A DNA stretch of 64,000 bases from Paracoccaceae bacterium (GCA_963669265.1 OY769916.1:757973-821972); one strand, 5' to 3'. Counted from the stretch's first letter, positions 17,430 through 27,409 are shown. Program-made: numbers and translations. Notes: a model not told the origin generated them from the sequence alone.

Positions 17430-18323
17430 TCAATTGAAGCCAATGGATTCAAGGTAGTTTCGGTTCTTGCGCGCGTCGCCCACAGGGTCCGGGTCAAGCG
17501 TCGGATCGCAGTCCTGCTCGACGGTGCACCAACCCTCGAAACCAGCATCCAGCAACACCTGCCGCACGGCGGGAAAGTCCACATCGCCATCGCCGAGATT
17601 GCAGAAGATTCCCTGCCCGCACGCATCGTAAAACCCGGTGCGATTCTCGATCACATCCGCTTTCACTTTCGGATCTATATCCTTGAAATGCATATAGGAT
17701 ATGCGATTCACATTACGTTTCATGAAGGCCACCGGATCGAACCCGGCGTAAGAGTGATGCCCGGTGTCGAAGCAGATCTTCAGGAAGCTCTCGTCGACCT
17801 CCTCCAGCAGGCGCTCCAGCTCTGGCTCGAAGTCCATGAACCCGCCCGCATGGGCGTGGATGCCGACGGTCAGGCCATATTCCTCCGCGCCCATCTTCGC
17901 CACATCCGACAACCGATTCCGATAGGCCGCCCATTCGGCGGCGTCCATCTGTTCGGCTTCATCCGCGCGCCCCGCCGTTGGGGCCCGGCGCGGAGAGATG
18001 GAGTCGATCAGAACGAGATGCCGCGCACCATGCGCGCTCAGCGACTTGCAGGTCCGGACCGACCCATCCAGCACATCTTCCCACGCGGCCGGGTCATGGA
18101 ACGGGCGAAAGACCACCCCGCCAATCAGTTCAAGATCATGTTCGGCCAGGGCGTCCGCCAGTTCAGCGGGATCCTCCGGCATGAAACCCACCGGCCCCAG
18201 TTCGATGCCCTTGTAGCCCGCCTTGGCGCAATCCGCCAAAACCGAGCGCCAGGCGGGATTGCGCGGGTCATTCGCAAATTCGACGCCCCATGAACAGGGC
18301 GCATTGCCGATTCTGATTGTCAT
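17430..18323 (-). CDS. Xylose-isomerase-like TIM-barrel protein (sugar phosphate isomerase/epimerase; IolE/IolH/IolI-like, activity unresolved)
   Basis: 297 aa, 'IRIGNAPCSWGVEF...', lying between two Gfo/Idh/MocA genes next to the iol genes. Confidence 0.65.
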   Translation of the reverse strand: MTIRIGNAPCSWGVEFANDPRNPAWRSVLADCAKAGYKGIELGPVGFMPEDPAELADALAEHDLELIGGVVFRPFHDPAAWEDVLDGSVRTCKSLSAHGARHLVLIDSISPRRAPTAGRADEAEQMDAAEWAAYRNRLSDVAKMGAEEYGLTVGIHAHAGGFMDFEPELERLLEEVDESFLKICFDTGHHSYAGFDPVAFMKRNVNRISYMHFKDIDPKVKADVIENRTGFYDACGQGIFCNLGDGDVDFPAVRQVLLDAGFEGWCTVEQDCDPTLDPDPVGDARKNRNYLESIGFN

Positions 18324-18341
18324 GTCAGCTGTCTCCGGCAG

Positions 18342-19445
18342 TCAAAACGCGTTGATATCTTTCCAGTTTTTCGCATTGGACGAGGCCCGGGCTGCGGCGA
18401 TCACGCGATTGACCTCCAACCCGTCGCGAAAGCTCGGCCAGACCGTCTCGCCGGTCTCGATCGCCCGCAAAAAATCCCGCGCCTCAATGATGATCTGATC
18501 CTGATAGCCGGTGCCGTGCCCCGGTCCCTGGCAGAACGGCAGGTAATCTGGATGCGCAGGACCTGTCAGGACTTTGCGAAAGCCGCGACCTTCCTCCGGA
18601 TCCTCCGCGCGGTAGAGCCAGAGCGTGTTCTGGTCCTCCTGATCGAACCGAATGGCGCCCTTGGTCCCGCTGATCTCATAGGCGTAACCCATCTTTCGCC
18701 CCGTTGAGATCCGGCTGAAATACATCTGCCCCATGGCGCCGTTCCGAAACCGGCACATCATCTGCGCGTGGTCGTCATTGGTCACCTGACCGCCGGGCCG
18801 GTCGGTATGGACGGTTTCGATCTCGGCCATGACGCTCTCAATCGGCCCCATCAGCGCCAGCGCCCCGTTGATCATATGCGGTGCCAGATCGCCCATCGTG
18901 CCATTGGCGTCGCCGGAGGTGCGCCATGTCGCCGGCGCATCTGGGTCAGCGTAGAAATCTTCGGTATGCTCGCCCCGGAACCATGTGACCTCGCCGATCT
19001 CTCCGTCGCGGATCAGTTGGCGTGCGAACTGGCTGGCTGGCGTGCGGATATAGTTGAACCCGATCATATTGGCGCAGCCGCTCTGCTCCGCCGCTGCGAC
19101 CATGGCGAGGCTGTCCTCCAGCGACGCCCCCAGAGGCTTTTCGCAGAGCACCGGCTTGCCCGCGGCGAAAGCGGCTTCGGCGATCTGACGATGGGTTTCC
19201 TGCGGCGTGGCGATGACGATCGCCTCGACCGCCGGGTCGTCGACCAGTTTGCGCCACTCTGCGGTCGCCCGCCGGAAGCCATAGGCCGCGCGGTAGCGCT
19301 CGGCGCTTTCCTCCGTCGAGGCGCAAATCATCTCCAGGCGCGGACGGATCATTGTGTTGAAGACCGCGCCCACCGCCGACATCGCGACCGAATGGGCCTT
19401 GCCCATATAGCCGCCGCCCAGAATCCCTATTCCAATCTCAGTCAT
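18342..19445 (-). CDS. Gfo/Idh/MocA-family oxidoreductase
   Basis: Start trimmed to ATG 19445 ('MTEIGIGILGGGYMGKAH'). 'VLCEKPL' motif present. The track ORF extension to 19574 overlaps the operator/promoter region. Confidence 0.85.
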   Translation of the reverse strand: MTEIGIGILGGGYMGKAHSVAMSAVGAVFNTMIRPRLEMICASTEESAERYRAAYGFRRATAEWRKLVDDPAVEAIVIATPQETHRQIAEAAFAAGKPVLCEKPLGASLEDSLAMVAAAEQSGCANMIGFNYIRTPASQFARQLIRDGEIGEVTWFRGEHTEDFYADPDAPATWRTSGDANGTMGDLAPHMINGALALMGPIESVMAEIETVHTDRPGGQVTNDDHAQMMCRFRNGAMGQMYFSRISTGRKMGYAYEISGTKGAIRFDQEDQNTLWLYRAEDPEEGRGFRKVLTGPAHPDYLPFCQGPGHGTGYQDQIIIEARDFLRAIETGETVWPSFRDGLEVNRVIAAARASSNAKNWKDINAF

Positions 19446-19473
19446 GCTGAGCCGCTCCGCAATCAAATCCGAC

Positions 19474-19489
19474 TTGCAACCGGTTGCAA
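19474..19489. promoter_or_regulatory. 16-bp perfect palindrome TTGCAACCGGTTGCAA, second copy of the LacI-type operator
   Basis: It lies in the 122-bp divergent region between the oxidoreductase operon (-) and iolD (+). The core is identical to the 15146-15169 palindrome. Confidence 0.6.
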
Positions 19490-19567
19490 AAGTTGTATCG
19501 TGAGAGTCGAAGTCTCGCAAGCTGCATTCGGTGAACCGCCGGATTTTTTGATAGGGTTCGCACTCAC

Positions 19568-21439
19568 ATGACAACAGGACATGAAACGATCCGGCTGACG
19601 ACTGCGCAGGCGATCATCCGCTGGCTTTCGAACCAGTTCATCAATGTCGACGGGCAGGAATTGCGCCTGTGCGGCGGCGGCTTCGGCATCTTCGGTCACG
19701 GCAACGTGCCGTGCCTCGGCGAGGCACTCTATGAAGTCAGGGACGAGCTGCCGCTTTATCGCGGCCAGAATGAGCAGGGCATGGGGTTCGCCGCCGCCGG
19801 ATACGCCAAGCAGTGGCTGCGCCAGCGCTTCATGTTCTGCACCGCCTCTGCGGGTCCGGGAACGTCGAACCTGGTGACCAGCGCGGCCTTGGCCCACGCC
19901 AACCGCCTGCCGATGCTGCTGCTTTGCGGAGACACGTTTCTGACCCGCCTGCCCGATCCGGTGCTGCAGCAGTTGGAGAATTTTTACAACCCGACGCTCG
20001 GCGTGAACGATGCGTTCAAGCCGGTCACACGCTATTGGGACCGGATCACCCATCCGGCGCAGGTGATCCAGTCGCTGCCCGCCGCCATCGCCACGATGCT
20101 GGACCCGGCCGATTGCGGCCCGGCCTTTCTCGGCCTCCCGCAGGACGTGCAAGGCTGGACCTATGACTACCCGGTCGGGTTCTTCGCAAAGAAAGTACAT
20201 CGTATTCGACGGATCACGCCGGACGCTGATGAGATCGCCGACGCCGCGGCCCTGCTCGCGAGCGCGGAACGCCCGATGATAATCGCAGGCGGCGGCGTAC
20301 AGTATTCGCACGCGACGGCGGAACTGACCGCCTTCGCCGAGGCCCGCCAGATCCCGGTGGTTGAGACAATCGCCGGACGGGCGAACCTGTTGGCGACCCA
20401 TCCGTTGAACATCGGACCGGTCGGTGTGACCGGTTCCAACTCGGCCAACGCCATCGCCGAGCAGGCCGACGTGATCCTCGCCGTCGGCACGCGATTGCAG
20501 GACTTCACCACCGGATCCTGGACAGCCTTTGCAAAGGACGCGCGCTTTATCTCGATCAATGCGGCGCGGCACGATGCGGGCAAGCATATGTCGCTGCCGG
20601 TCGTCGGAGACGCGAAGCTCTCGCTCGGGGCGCTGGATACGGCGACAAAAGACTATGTGGCGCCGGCAGACTGGACCACTTTGGCGCAGAATGAGCGCAA
20701 ACGCTGGGACGCCTATGTCGCGGAGAACGTCTCTTACGGCAATCGACCCAACTCTTACGCGCAGGCCATCGGCGTGGTGAACGACCTGTGCGATGATCGC
20801 GATCGCGTGGTCGCCGCCGCTGGCGGCCTGCCCGCCGAGGTCACCGCCAACTGGCGCACGCTGGGCCTGGGCACTGTCGATGTCGAGTTCGGCTTCTCCT
20901 GCATGGGCTACGAGATCTCCGGCGCCTGGGGCGCGCGGATCGCCCAGATGGAGCGTGAGGCGGATCAGGACACCATCGTCTTCATCGGCGACGGGTCCTA
21001 TATGCTGATGAACTCAGATCTCTATTCCTCGGTGCTCAGCCGCAAAAAATTGATCATCCTCGTGCTCGACAATGGCGGGTTCGCGGTGATCAACAAGCTG
21101 CAGAACAACACCGGCAACGAAAGCTTCAACAACCTGATCGCCGATTGCCCCACCATTCCAGAGGCGTTCTCAGTCGATTTTGAAGCCCATGCTGCCGCAC
21201 AGGGCGCAATTGCCGAGACCGTGTCGAATCCGAACGAGCTGGGCGAGGCGTTCAAGCGCGCGAAGACGTCGGACAAAACCCATGTCATCGTGATGAAAGT
21301 GGACCCCTATGAGGGCTGGACCGCTGAGGGCCATACCTGGTGGGAAGTCGGCACGCCGCAGGTCAGCAACAGCGAGCGCGTGCGCAACGCCCATGAGGAA
21401 TGGGAATCCAGCCGCGACAAACAACGGCAGGGCGTGTGA
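19568..21439 (+). CDS. iolD: 3D-(3,5/4)-trihydroxycyclohexane-1,2-dione acylhydrolase (ThDP-dependent)
   Basis: 623 aa. N-terminus 'IRLTTAQAIIRWLSNQFINVDGQE...GIFGHGNV' is typical of IolD. ThDP motif 'GDGSYMLMNSDL' present. The gene order iolD-C-B supports the call. Confidence 0.9.
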   Translation: MTTGHETIRLTTAQAIIRWLSNQFINVDGQELRLCGGGFGIFGHGNVPCLGEALYEVRDELPLYRGQNEQGMGFAAAGYAKQWLRQRFMFCTASAGPGTSNLVTSAALAHANRLPMLLLCGDTFLTRLPDPVLQQLENFYNPTLGVNDAFKPVTRYWDRITHPAQVIQSLPAAIATMLDPADCGPAFLGLPQDVQGWTYDYPVGFFAKKVHRIRRITPDADEIADAAALLASAERPMIIAGGGVQYSHATAELTAFAEARQIPVVETIAGRANLLATHPLNIGPVGVTGSNSANAIAEQADVILAVGTRLQDFTTGSWTAFAKDARFISINAARHDAGKHMSLPVVGDAKLSLGALDTATKDYVAPADWTTLAQNERKRWDAYVAENVSYGNRPNSYAQAIGVVNDLCDDRDRVVAAAGGLPAEVTANWRTLGLGTVDVEFGFSCMGYEISGAWGARIAQMEREADQDTIVFIGDGSYMLMNSDLYSSVLSRKKLIILVLDNGGFAVINKLQNNTGNESFNNLIADCPTIPEAFSVDFEAHAAAQGAIAETVSNPNELGEAFKRAKTSDKTHVIVMKVDPYEGWTAEGHTWWEVGTPQVSNSERVRNAHEEWESSRDKQRQGV

Positions 21440-22422
21440 TGGGCGCGCTGCTCGACGGGATCGCGCAGAAACGCTTCGCGGTTTTCGGCCGCGCGGGCAT
21501 GGACATGTATGCGGCGCCGGTCGGCGTCAAAAGCGAGCACGCCTCTCAGTTTGAATCCGATCTTGGCGGCTCCTCAGCGAATATCTGCGCCGGGTTGGCC
21601 AAACTTGGCTGTCAGGCGTCGCTGGTCACATCGATTTCGGACGACGCGGTCGGTCGGTTCTGCCTCAATCGCCTGCATCACTATGGCGTGGACACAACCT
21701 ATATCCGCACCGTCGGGGGAGAGTTCCGCACCTCGCTCGCGATCTATGAAAGCACGTTGGATGACTTCCAGAACGTCATCTACCGCAACGGCGCCGTCGA
21801 CTTTCAGGTGACGGCGGAGGATATGGATCGGGTGGATTACAGCGCCTTCGGCGCGCTGATCACCGCGGGCACGGTTTTCGCGGCGGAGCCGTCACGAAGC
21901 GCCACGTTCCGCGCGTTTGAGAACGCCCGCGCCGCCGACCTTCCGGTGATCTTCGACATCGACTATCGACCCTATTCCTGGCCCTCGCCGGAGGTCGCCT
22001 CTGAAGTCCTTTCGCGCGCAGGCGAAGAGAGCGACCTCATCGTCGGCAATGACGAGGAGTTCGGCTTTATGGCGGGCGGCATGGATATGGGGCTGGCGAA
22101 AGCGCGGGCTCTGTCAGAACGGCCGGGCCGCATCGTGATCTACAAAATGGGCGCCGAAGGCGCGATGACCTTCGCTGACGGCGATGAAATCCGCACCGGC
22201 ATCTACCCGGTCACCGCCGTGAAACCCAATGGCGCGGGCGACAGCTTCATGGCCGGCCTTCTGGCCGGCCTCGCCGACGGGCGGTCGCTGCGCGAGTCGG
22301 TCCTTCGGGGCTCGGCCTGCGCCTCGATCGTGGTCTCGCAACCCGGATGCGCGCCCGCCATGCCAAACACCGCCGAGCTTGAGGTATTTCTGGCCTCGCA
22401 TCCCGGCCCTACAGAAAGCTGA
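21439..22422 (+). CDS. iolC: 5-dehydro-2-deoxygluconokinase (PfkB family)
   Basis: The start ATG overlaps the iolD stop (TGATG at 21437-21441). PfkB motif 'NGAGDSFMAGL' present. Confidence 0.85.
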   Translation: MGALLDGIAQKRFAVFGRAGMDMYAAPVGVKSEHASQFESDLGGSSANICAGLAKLGCQASLVTSISDDAVGRFCLNRLHHYGVDTTYIRTVGGEFRTSLAIYESTLDDFQNVIYRNGAVDFQVTAEDMDRVDYSAFGALITAGTVFAAEPSRSATFRAFENARAADLPVIFDIDYRPYSWPSPEVASEVLSRAGEESDLIVGNDEEFGFMAGGMDMGLAKARALSERPGRIVIYKMGAEGAMTFADGDEIRTGIYPVTAVKPNGAGDSFMAGLLAGLADGRSLRESVLRGSACASIVVSQPGCAPAMPNTAELEVFLASHPGPTES

Positions 22423-22434
22423 ACGGAGCGCGCC

Positions 22435-23277
22435 ATGCATATCCCTCCCTTTGACAATCAGAACAAAGCCATTGTCGACATCGACAACGCCACGGTGCCG
22501 CTGAACTACTTCAACATCGTCAAGCTGAAGAAGGGCGAGACGTTCGAGTATCGGACGCCCGGCTATGAGACCTGCGTCGCGCCTGCGACGGGAACGGTGG
22601 ATGTCGATGTCGAAGGCGAGGTGTTCGCGGATCTGGGCAACCGCACCATCGATGTCTGGGACGGAGAGCCGGAGGGCGTCTATGTTCCCGTCGGCGCCAA
22701 GGTGACGATCACCTGCAAGACCGACAAAACGGAGACTTTCGTCGCGGGGGCCAAGTATGACGAGGTGCTCGACCCGTTCGATGTGCGCGCCGCCGAGATC
22801 GACCTTGTGCAATACGGTTCGGACGACACAAAAACTCACCGTAAGATCAAGCATATCCTCGGCCAGAAACAGCACGGCAAAGTCGGCCGCTTGCTGGTGA
22901 GCGAGCTTTTCACCGTGGGACAAGGCGGCTGGTCCGGCTTCCCGTCGCACAAGCATGACACCGACCGTCTGCCGGATGAGACCCGTCATGACGAGACCTA
23001 CAATTTCCGCTTTCGGCCCAATTACGGCTCCGGCGTGCAAATGCTTCAGCGCGTCGATAACGAGCCGGGCGACGCCTATCACATCGTCGACGGCTCCACG
23101 ATCATGCTTGACAAGGGCTATCATCCCTGCGCCGCGCTACCCGGTTATGAGATGTACTATTTCACCATTCTGGGCGGGCTGAGTCAGCGCTCTCTGGTCC
23201 AGTATTTCCAACCCACTCACGCGGCGCAGCTGGAGACGATCCCCGGCATCAAGGACATGATTGCGAAGTTCAAATGA
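22435..23277 (+). CDS. iolB: 5-deoxy-glucuronate isomerase
   Basis: 280 aa, cupin-like ('GWSGFPSHKHD'), in the typical IolB position and of typical length. Confidence 0.88.
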   Translation: MHIPPFDNQNKAIVDIDNATVPLNYFNIVKLKKGETFEYRTPGYETCVAPATGTVDVDVEGEVFADLGNRTIDVWDGEPEGVYVPVGAKVTITCKTDKTETFVAGAKYDEVLDPFDVRAAEIDLVQYGSDDTKTHRKIKHILGQKQHGKVGRLLVSELFTVGQGGWSGFPSHKHDTDRLPDETRHDETYNFRFRPNYGSGVQMLQRVDNEPGDAYHIVDGSTIMLDKGYHPCAALPGYEMYYFTILGGLSQRSLVQYFQPTHAAQLETIPGIKDMIAKFK

Positions 23278-24104
23278 CTCTGGCGACGCTCTCGGAAGTT
23301 CTTCAGCCCGCTCTGAAGCAAGGCTACGCGGTGGCTGGGTTGGTCACCCTCGGGTGGGAGGATATGCGTGCCTATGTGGCCGCGGCCGAGACTGAGGACA
23401 CGCCTGTGATCCTGCAGGCGGGGCCGTCCTGCCGCGGGTACATGCCGCTGCCCATACTCGGAAAGATGTTTCGCCACCTGGCCGAAAGCGTCAGCGTGCC
23501 GGTCGTCGCCCATCTGGACCATGGCTACACCATCGAAGAGTGTCGCGTCGCGATCGATAGCGGTTTCACCTCGGTCATGTTCGACGGGTCCCGAAAACCG
23601 CTCGCCGCGAATATCGCCGAGACCGCCGAGATTGTGGAGTTGGCCCATGCGGCCGGCGTCTCATGCGAGGGAGAAATCGGATTTGTCGGCTATTCGGGCG
23701 GCGAAGATTCAGCCGGCACCGATCCGGAAGAAGCGGGCCAATTCGCGCGCGAAACCGGCGTCGACGCAATGGCGGTCTCGGTGGGCAACGTGCATCTTCA
23801 GCAGGAAAAGGATGCGGATCTGGACGAGCCGCGCATCCGCGCGATCGAGGCCTTGACCAACGTGCCGCTGGTCATCCATGGCGGATCCGGCGTGCCGGTG
23901 GCGCAGCGCGCGGCCTTCGCCCGGAACTCGAACATCTGCAAATTCAATATCGGAACGGAATTGCGCATGGCGTTCGGCGCGGCGCTGCGCGAAGCGGTCA
24001 ATCGCGACCCGTCCCGGTTCGATCGCCTGTCGATCCTGACGGAGACGCACGACCCCGTGGTCGAGGCGGCGCGCCGGGTCCTGCAACCTTTGAAGCGAGC
24101 GTGA
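23274..24104 (+). CDS. Class II fructose-bisphosphate-type aldolase (IolJ-like 6-phospho-5-dehydro-2-deoxygluconate aldolase candidate)
   Basis: 'VILQAGPS...VVAHLDHG...VIHGGSG' class II aldolase blocks. It overlaps iolB by 4 nt. Confidence 0.8.
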   Translation: MTLATLSEVLQPALKQGYAVAGLVTLGWEDMRAYVAAAETEDTPVILQAGPSCRGYMPLPILGKMFRHLAESVSVPVVAHLDHGYTIEECRVAIDSGFTSVMFDGSRKPLAANIAETAEIVELAHAAGVSCEGEIGFVGYSGGEDSAGTDPEEAGQFARETGVDAMAVSVGNVHLQQEKDADLDEPRIRAIEALTNVPLVIHGGSGVPVAQRAAFARNSNICKFNIGTELRMAFGAALREAVNRDPSRFDRLSILTETHDPVVEAARRVLQPLKRA

Positions 24105-24105
24105 C

Positions 24106-25092
24106 ATGCTGAGGATCGGAATTCTGGGATGCGGGCGTATCGGGCAGATTCACGCCTATAACGTCCACCTGATGGACGGAGCCGCGGTCGCCGCCCTCTC
24201 GGACGCGCTGCCGGACGCCGCGCAGAAACTGGCGGACCGCTACGGCGCGCGGGTTCAGGGCAGTGAGGAGATCATCGCCAGTCCCGATATCGACGCGGTG
24301 ATCATCGGCACCCCGACCGATACGCATTACGACCTGATCCACGCCGCCGCCCGCGCCGGGAAAGCGATCTTCTGCGAAAAGCCGGTGGACCTGTCCGCCG
24401 ACCGTATTCGCGATTGCATCAAGGCGGTCGAAGACGCGGGCGCGCCTTTCATGACCGCCTTCAATCGCCGGTTCGATCCGAATTTCGCCAATGTTCAGGC
24501 GCGCATCGCCGCCGGAGAGATCGGCGACGTGGAGATCGTGACCATCCTTTCGCGCGATCCCGCCCCGCCCCCGATCAGCTATATCAAAAGCTCGGGCGGC
24601 CTCTTTCGGGACATGATGATCCACGATCTGGATATGGCGCGCTTCCTTTTGGGCGAAGAGCCTGTGAGCATCTACGCCGTCGGCGCGTCGCTGGTCGATC
24701 CTGAGATCGGCGCAGCCGGCGATATCGACACCGCGGCCGTGACCCTGACGACGGCGTCGGGCAAAATCTGCCAGATCTCCAATTCGCGCCGGGCCTCCTA
24801 TGGCTATGACCAACGGATCGAGGTTCATGGCTCCAAGGGCATGCTAAGAGCGGAGAACATGCTGGAGAACTCCGTCGAGCTCGCGTCCGATAGCGGGTTC
24901 CGCAAGGCGCCGGCGCTGCACTTTTTCCTCGAACGCTACAAACTGGCTTATCAGGCGGAGATCGCGCAGTTCATCAAGCAGATCCGCGCGGGCGAGCCGC
25001 AGAACCCGGACATCCATGACGGATTGCGCGCACAGTTGCTGGCGGACGCGGCGGCGCGATCCCTCAGCGAGGGCGTCGCCGTCTCTGTCTAA
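24106..25092 (+). CDS. iolG: Inositol 2-dehydrogenase (Gfo/Idh/MocA family)
   Basis: 'MLRIGILGCGRIGQIH', 'IFCEKPV', 328 aa, last gene of the iol + strand operon. Confidence 0.8.
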   Translation: MLRIGILGCGRIGQIHAYNVHLMDGAAVAALSDALPDAAQKLADRYGARVQGSEEIIASPDIDAVIIGTPTDTHYDLIHAAARAGKAIFCEKPVDLSADRIRDCIKAVEDAGAPFMTAFNRRFDPNFANVQARIAAGEIGDVEIVTILSRDPAPPPISYIKSSGGLFRDMMIHDLDMARFLLGEEPVSIYAVGASLVDPEIGAAGDIDTAAVTLTTASGKICQISNSRRASYGYDQRIEVHGSKGMLRAENMLENSVELASDSGFRKAPALHFFLERYKLAYQAEIAQFIKQIRAGEPQNPDIHDGLRAQLLADAAARSLSEGVAVSV

Positions 25093-25112
25093 ACCCTACC
25101 GCTGCGCCGCGC

Positions 25113-26300
25113 TCATGGTCGCTGTTTCGCCGCCATCTCGTCCAGATGCGCGGCGCAGGCTTCCGCGCTCCAACCCTCGTCAAGCGCCCGCTTGAAGAAA
25201 GCCTGTTGCGATTCCGGCGCCAGACCGCCAATCGGCGGATCTCTGTCGAGATTGGTCGGAAACGAATACCCCTCCGCCGTCGATGCGATGGCCGCGTCCA
25301 ATTCCGAAGCGCTGAGCGTTCCGCTCTGGCGCGCCCTGACCGCCTGCGGGTAGAGCAGCTTGCACATCTTGCGCCGATCCACCGCCTCCATCGCGCGGCC
25401 GAACGCGGACGATATCTGCAGCAGGTTGGCCATACGGTGAATATCTGCGCTGGAGTTGGCGCCCGCCGCGTGAAACAGGGCCGGATTGAAGAACACCGCG
25501 TCGCCCTTGGACAAGGGCAGTTGCACATGTCGCTCTTCAAACACGTCGCGAAAGTCATCGCGCCGCCAGGCCGCATAACCGGCGCGATAGGCCTGTGAGA
25601 ACGGCAGCAGTTTCGTTGGGCCGCTCTCGATGGGCATATCGCAATGCGCGATCGCGCCTTGCAGAGTCAGGACCGGCGACAGGTCGTGGACATGCGCCGG
25701 GTACGCGGCGCTGATCTCAGTGGTCTGAAACCCGAGATGGTAGTCGCGATGCACCTGCTGCGCGGCGGCGCCGGGATGGACCAGATTGACCTGCGCCGTC
25801 ATCTGATAATTCGGGCCCAGCCACGCCTCGCACACCGCCGCGATCGACGTGTTCGCGAAATATCGCAGATACACGTCCGGATCCCGTTCGCAAAGTTTTT
25901 GCAATGCGTTCCAGATCCGGTCATTGGCGCCCGCCGCCGCGAAGTGATCGCCGCCGCCACCCGAGGCCGCTTTCTCTTCGGCGATGATCGCATCGTAGAT
26001 TTCTGTCGCCTGATCCAGAACGCCGGTGTCGGCGTAGGCGCCGCGAAGCGCCACCACGCCCGGCCCCGTCAGCAGCACTCGCGCCCATTCGGCCATGATC
26101 TCGACCCGCCTGTCGTTGCTCTCCAGATCTGGGCGCAGGCTGGCCATGTCGTAAATTGGGATATCGTGCCTAATCTCCGCCGCGTGAAGCGCGTCGGCGG
26201 GAGCCGTTTTCTGCTCTATGAGTGCGATAAGGTCGTTCACGTCACAGGCGTCCGGGTCGAAATAGCCTGTGCGGGTGGGGTTCTGCGTTTGCTGGTCCAT
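25113..26300 (-). CDS. Phytanoyl-CoA dioxygenase (PhyH)-family Fe(II)/2-oxoglutarate oxygenase-like protein
   Basis: 395 aa. 'VHRDYH' (H-x-D facial-triad-like) and a distal 'FFNPALFHAAGAN'. Assigned from motif resemblance only. Confidence 0.55.
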   Translation of the reverse strand: MDQQTQNPTRTGYFDPDACDVNDLIALIEQKTAPADALHAAEIRHDIPIYDMASLRPDLESNDRRVEIMAEWARVLLTGPGVVALRGAYADTGVLDQATEIYDAIIAEEKAASGGGGDHFAAAGANDRIWNALQKLCERDPDVYLRYFANTSIAAVCEAWLGPNYQMTAQVNLVHPGAAAQQVHRDYHLGFQTTEISAAYPAHVHDLSPVLTLQGAIAHCDMPIESGPTKLLPFSQAYRAGYAAWRRDDFRDVFEERHVQLPLSKGDAVFFNPALFHAAGANSSADIHRMANLLQISSAFGRAMEAVDRRKMCKLLYPQAVRARQSGTLSASELDAAIASTAEGYSFPTNLDRDPPIGGLAPESQQAFFKRALDEGWSAEACAAHLDEMAAKQRP

Positions 26301-26383
26301 GGCGAGTCTCCGTCAGCGTTTCGAACGATATTGCCGTGAATGTCTCTTGAGCGGCGTCAGAAAATCCATCAGAAACACATCAA

Positions 26384-27409
26384 ATGACTCATCGTTTTCC
26401 AATCAAAGAGATTGCGTTGCAGGCTGGTTTGGGCACGGCAACGGTCGATCGGGTGATCAACAACCGCGCCCATGTCAGCCCGCATGCTCGCCGTCGGGTA
26501 GCCAGCGCGATCGCGGAGCTGGAGGGTCAGGAGGCGCAACTAGCAGCGCGCGGACGGCGCATGTTTTTCGATTTCGTGATCGAGGCGCCCACCCGCTTCA
26601 GCCATGAGGTCAGGCGCGCGGCGGAGCATGTCGTCGCGGACATAAAGGTCGCCGCGTGCCGCCCGCGATTTCTGTTGCAGGAGATCATGACGGAGGCCGA
26701 CGTGATCGACGCTTTGGCCCGCATCGCCAAACGGGGCAGTCAGGGGGTCTGCCTGAAGGCGCGCGACGCGCCCGGTATTCGCAAGGCGGTCGACGACCTC
26801 GCGGCGGCGGGCATTCCCGTCGTCACGCTTGTGACCGACATCACTTCGCCGACGCGCGTGGCCTATGTCGGCCTCGATAACAAGAGCGCAGGGCGCACCG
26901 CCGCCTATCTGGTGGCGCAGACGCTCGCCGGCGCCTCTGGCACGGTACTGACGACAAAGAGTCAGGACCAGTTTCTGGGAGAGGAGGAACGTGAAAGCGC
27001 GTTCCTGCAATTGCTGACCGACGCATGCCCAAACCTCAGCGTGATAGACGCCAGCGGCGGCAGCGGCGTGCCCTACCAGACCGCCCACTCAATCGAGCCG
27101 GTGCTGGAACGCCTCAAGGACCTGCGCGCCGTCTATTCGATGGGCGGCGGAAATCGCACGATTCTGGAGATGCTGTCGCAGAACAGGCTCTCACCCGACA
27201 TCTATGTCGCCCACGACCTCGACCGCGAGAACCGAAGATTGATTGAAAGTGGTCGCCTGAGTTTCGTTCTGCACCATGACCTGACGGCCGATATGCAGAA
27301 CGTCTTTCGGGCCTTCCTCCACCACCACAAGCTGGCGCCGGACAGGCCCGAAAACCTGATCTCGAACGTTCAGGTCGTCACGCGGTATAACCTGCCGCCC
27401 CGGGTTTGA
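26384..27409 (+). CDS. LacI-family transcriptional regulator
   Basis: HTH 'IKEIALQAGLGTATVDRVINNRAHVSPHARRRVASAIAEL' plus a sugar-binding-like domain. It is divergent from the PhyH-like gene. Confidence 0.85.
   Translation: MTHRFPIKEIALQAGLGTATVDRVINNRAHVSPHARRRVASAIAELEGQEAQLAARGRRMFFDFVIEAPTRFSHEVRRAAEHVVADIKVAACRPRFLLQEIMTEADVIDALARIAKRGSQGVCLKARDAPGIRKAVDDLAAAGIPVVTLVTDITSPTRVAYVGLDNKSAGRTAAYLVAQTLAGASGTVLTTKSQDQFLGEEERESAFLQLLTDACPNLSVIDASGGSGVPYQTAHSIEPVLERLKDLRAVYSMGGGNRTILEMLSQNRLSPDIYVAHDLDRENRRLIESGRLSFVLHHDLTADMQNVFRAFLHHHKLAPDRPENLISNVQVVTRYNLPPRV

Noticed and set aside
19463-20587. 374-aa minus-strand ORF, plus similar long antisense ORFs at 22114-23124, 32111-33193, 45474-46607 and 47917-48780
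   Set aside because: Each overlaps a confidently identified gene on the opposite strand (iolD, iolB, ROK regulator, zwf, second ROK regulator) and has the Arg-rich composition of high-GC antisense frames.
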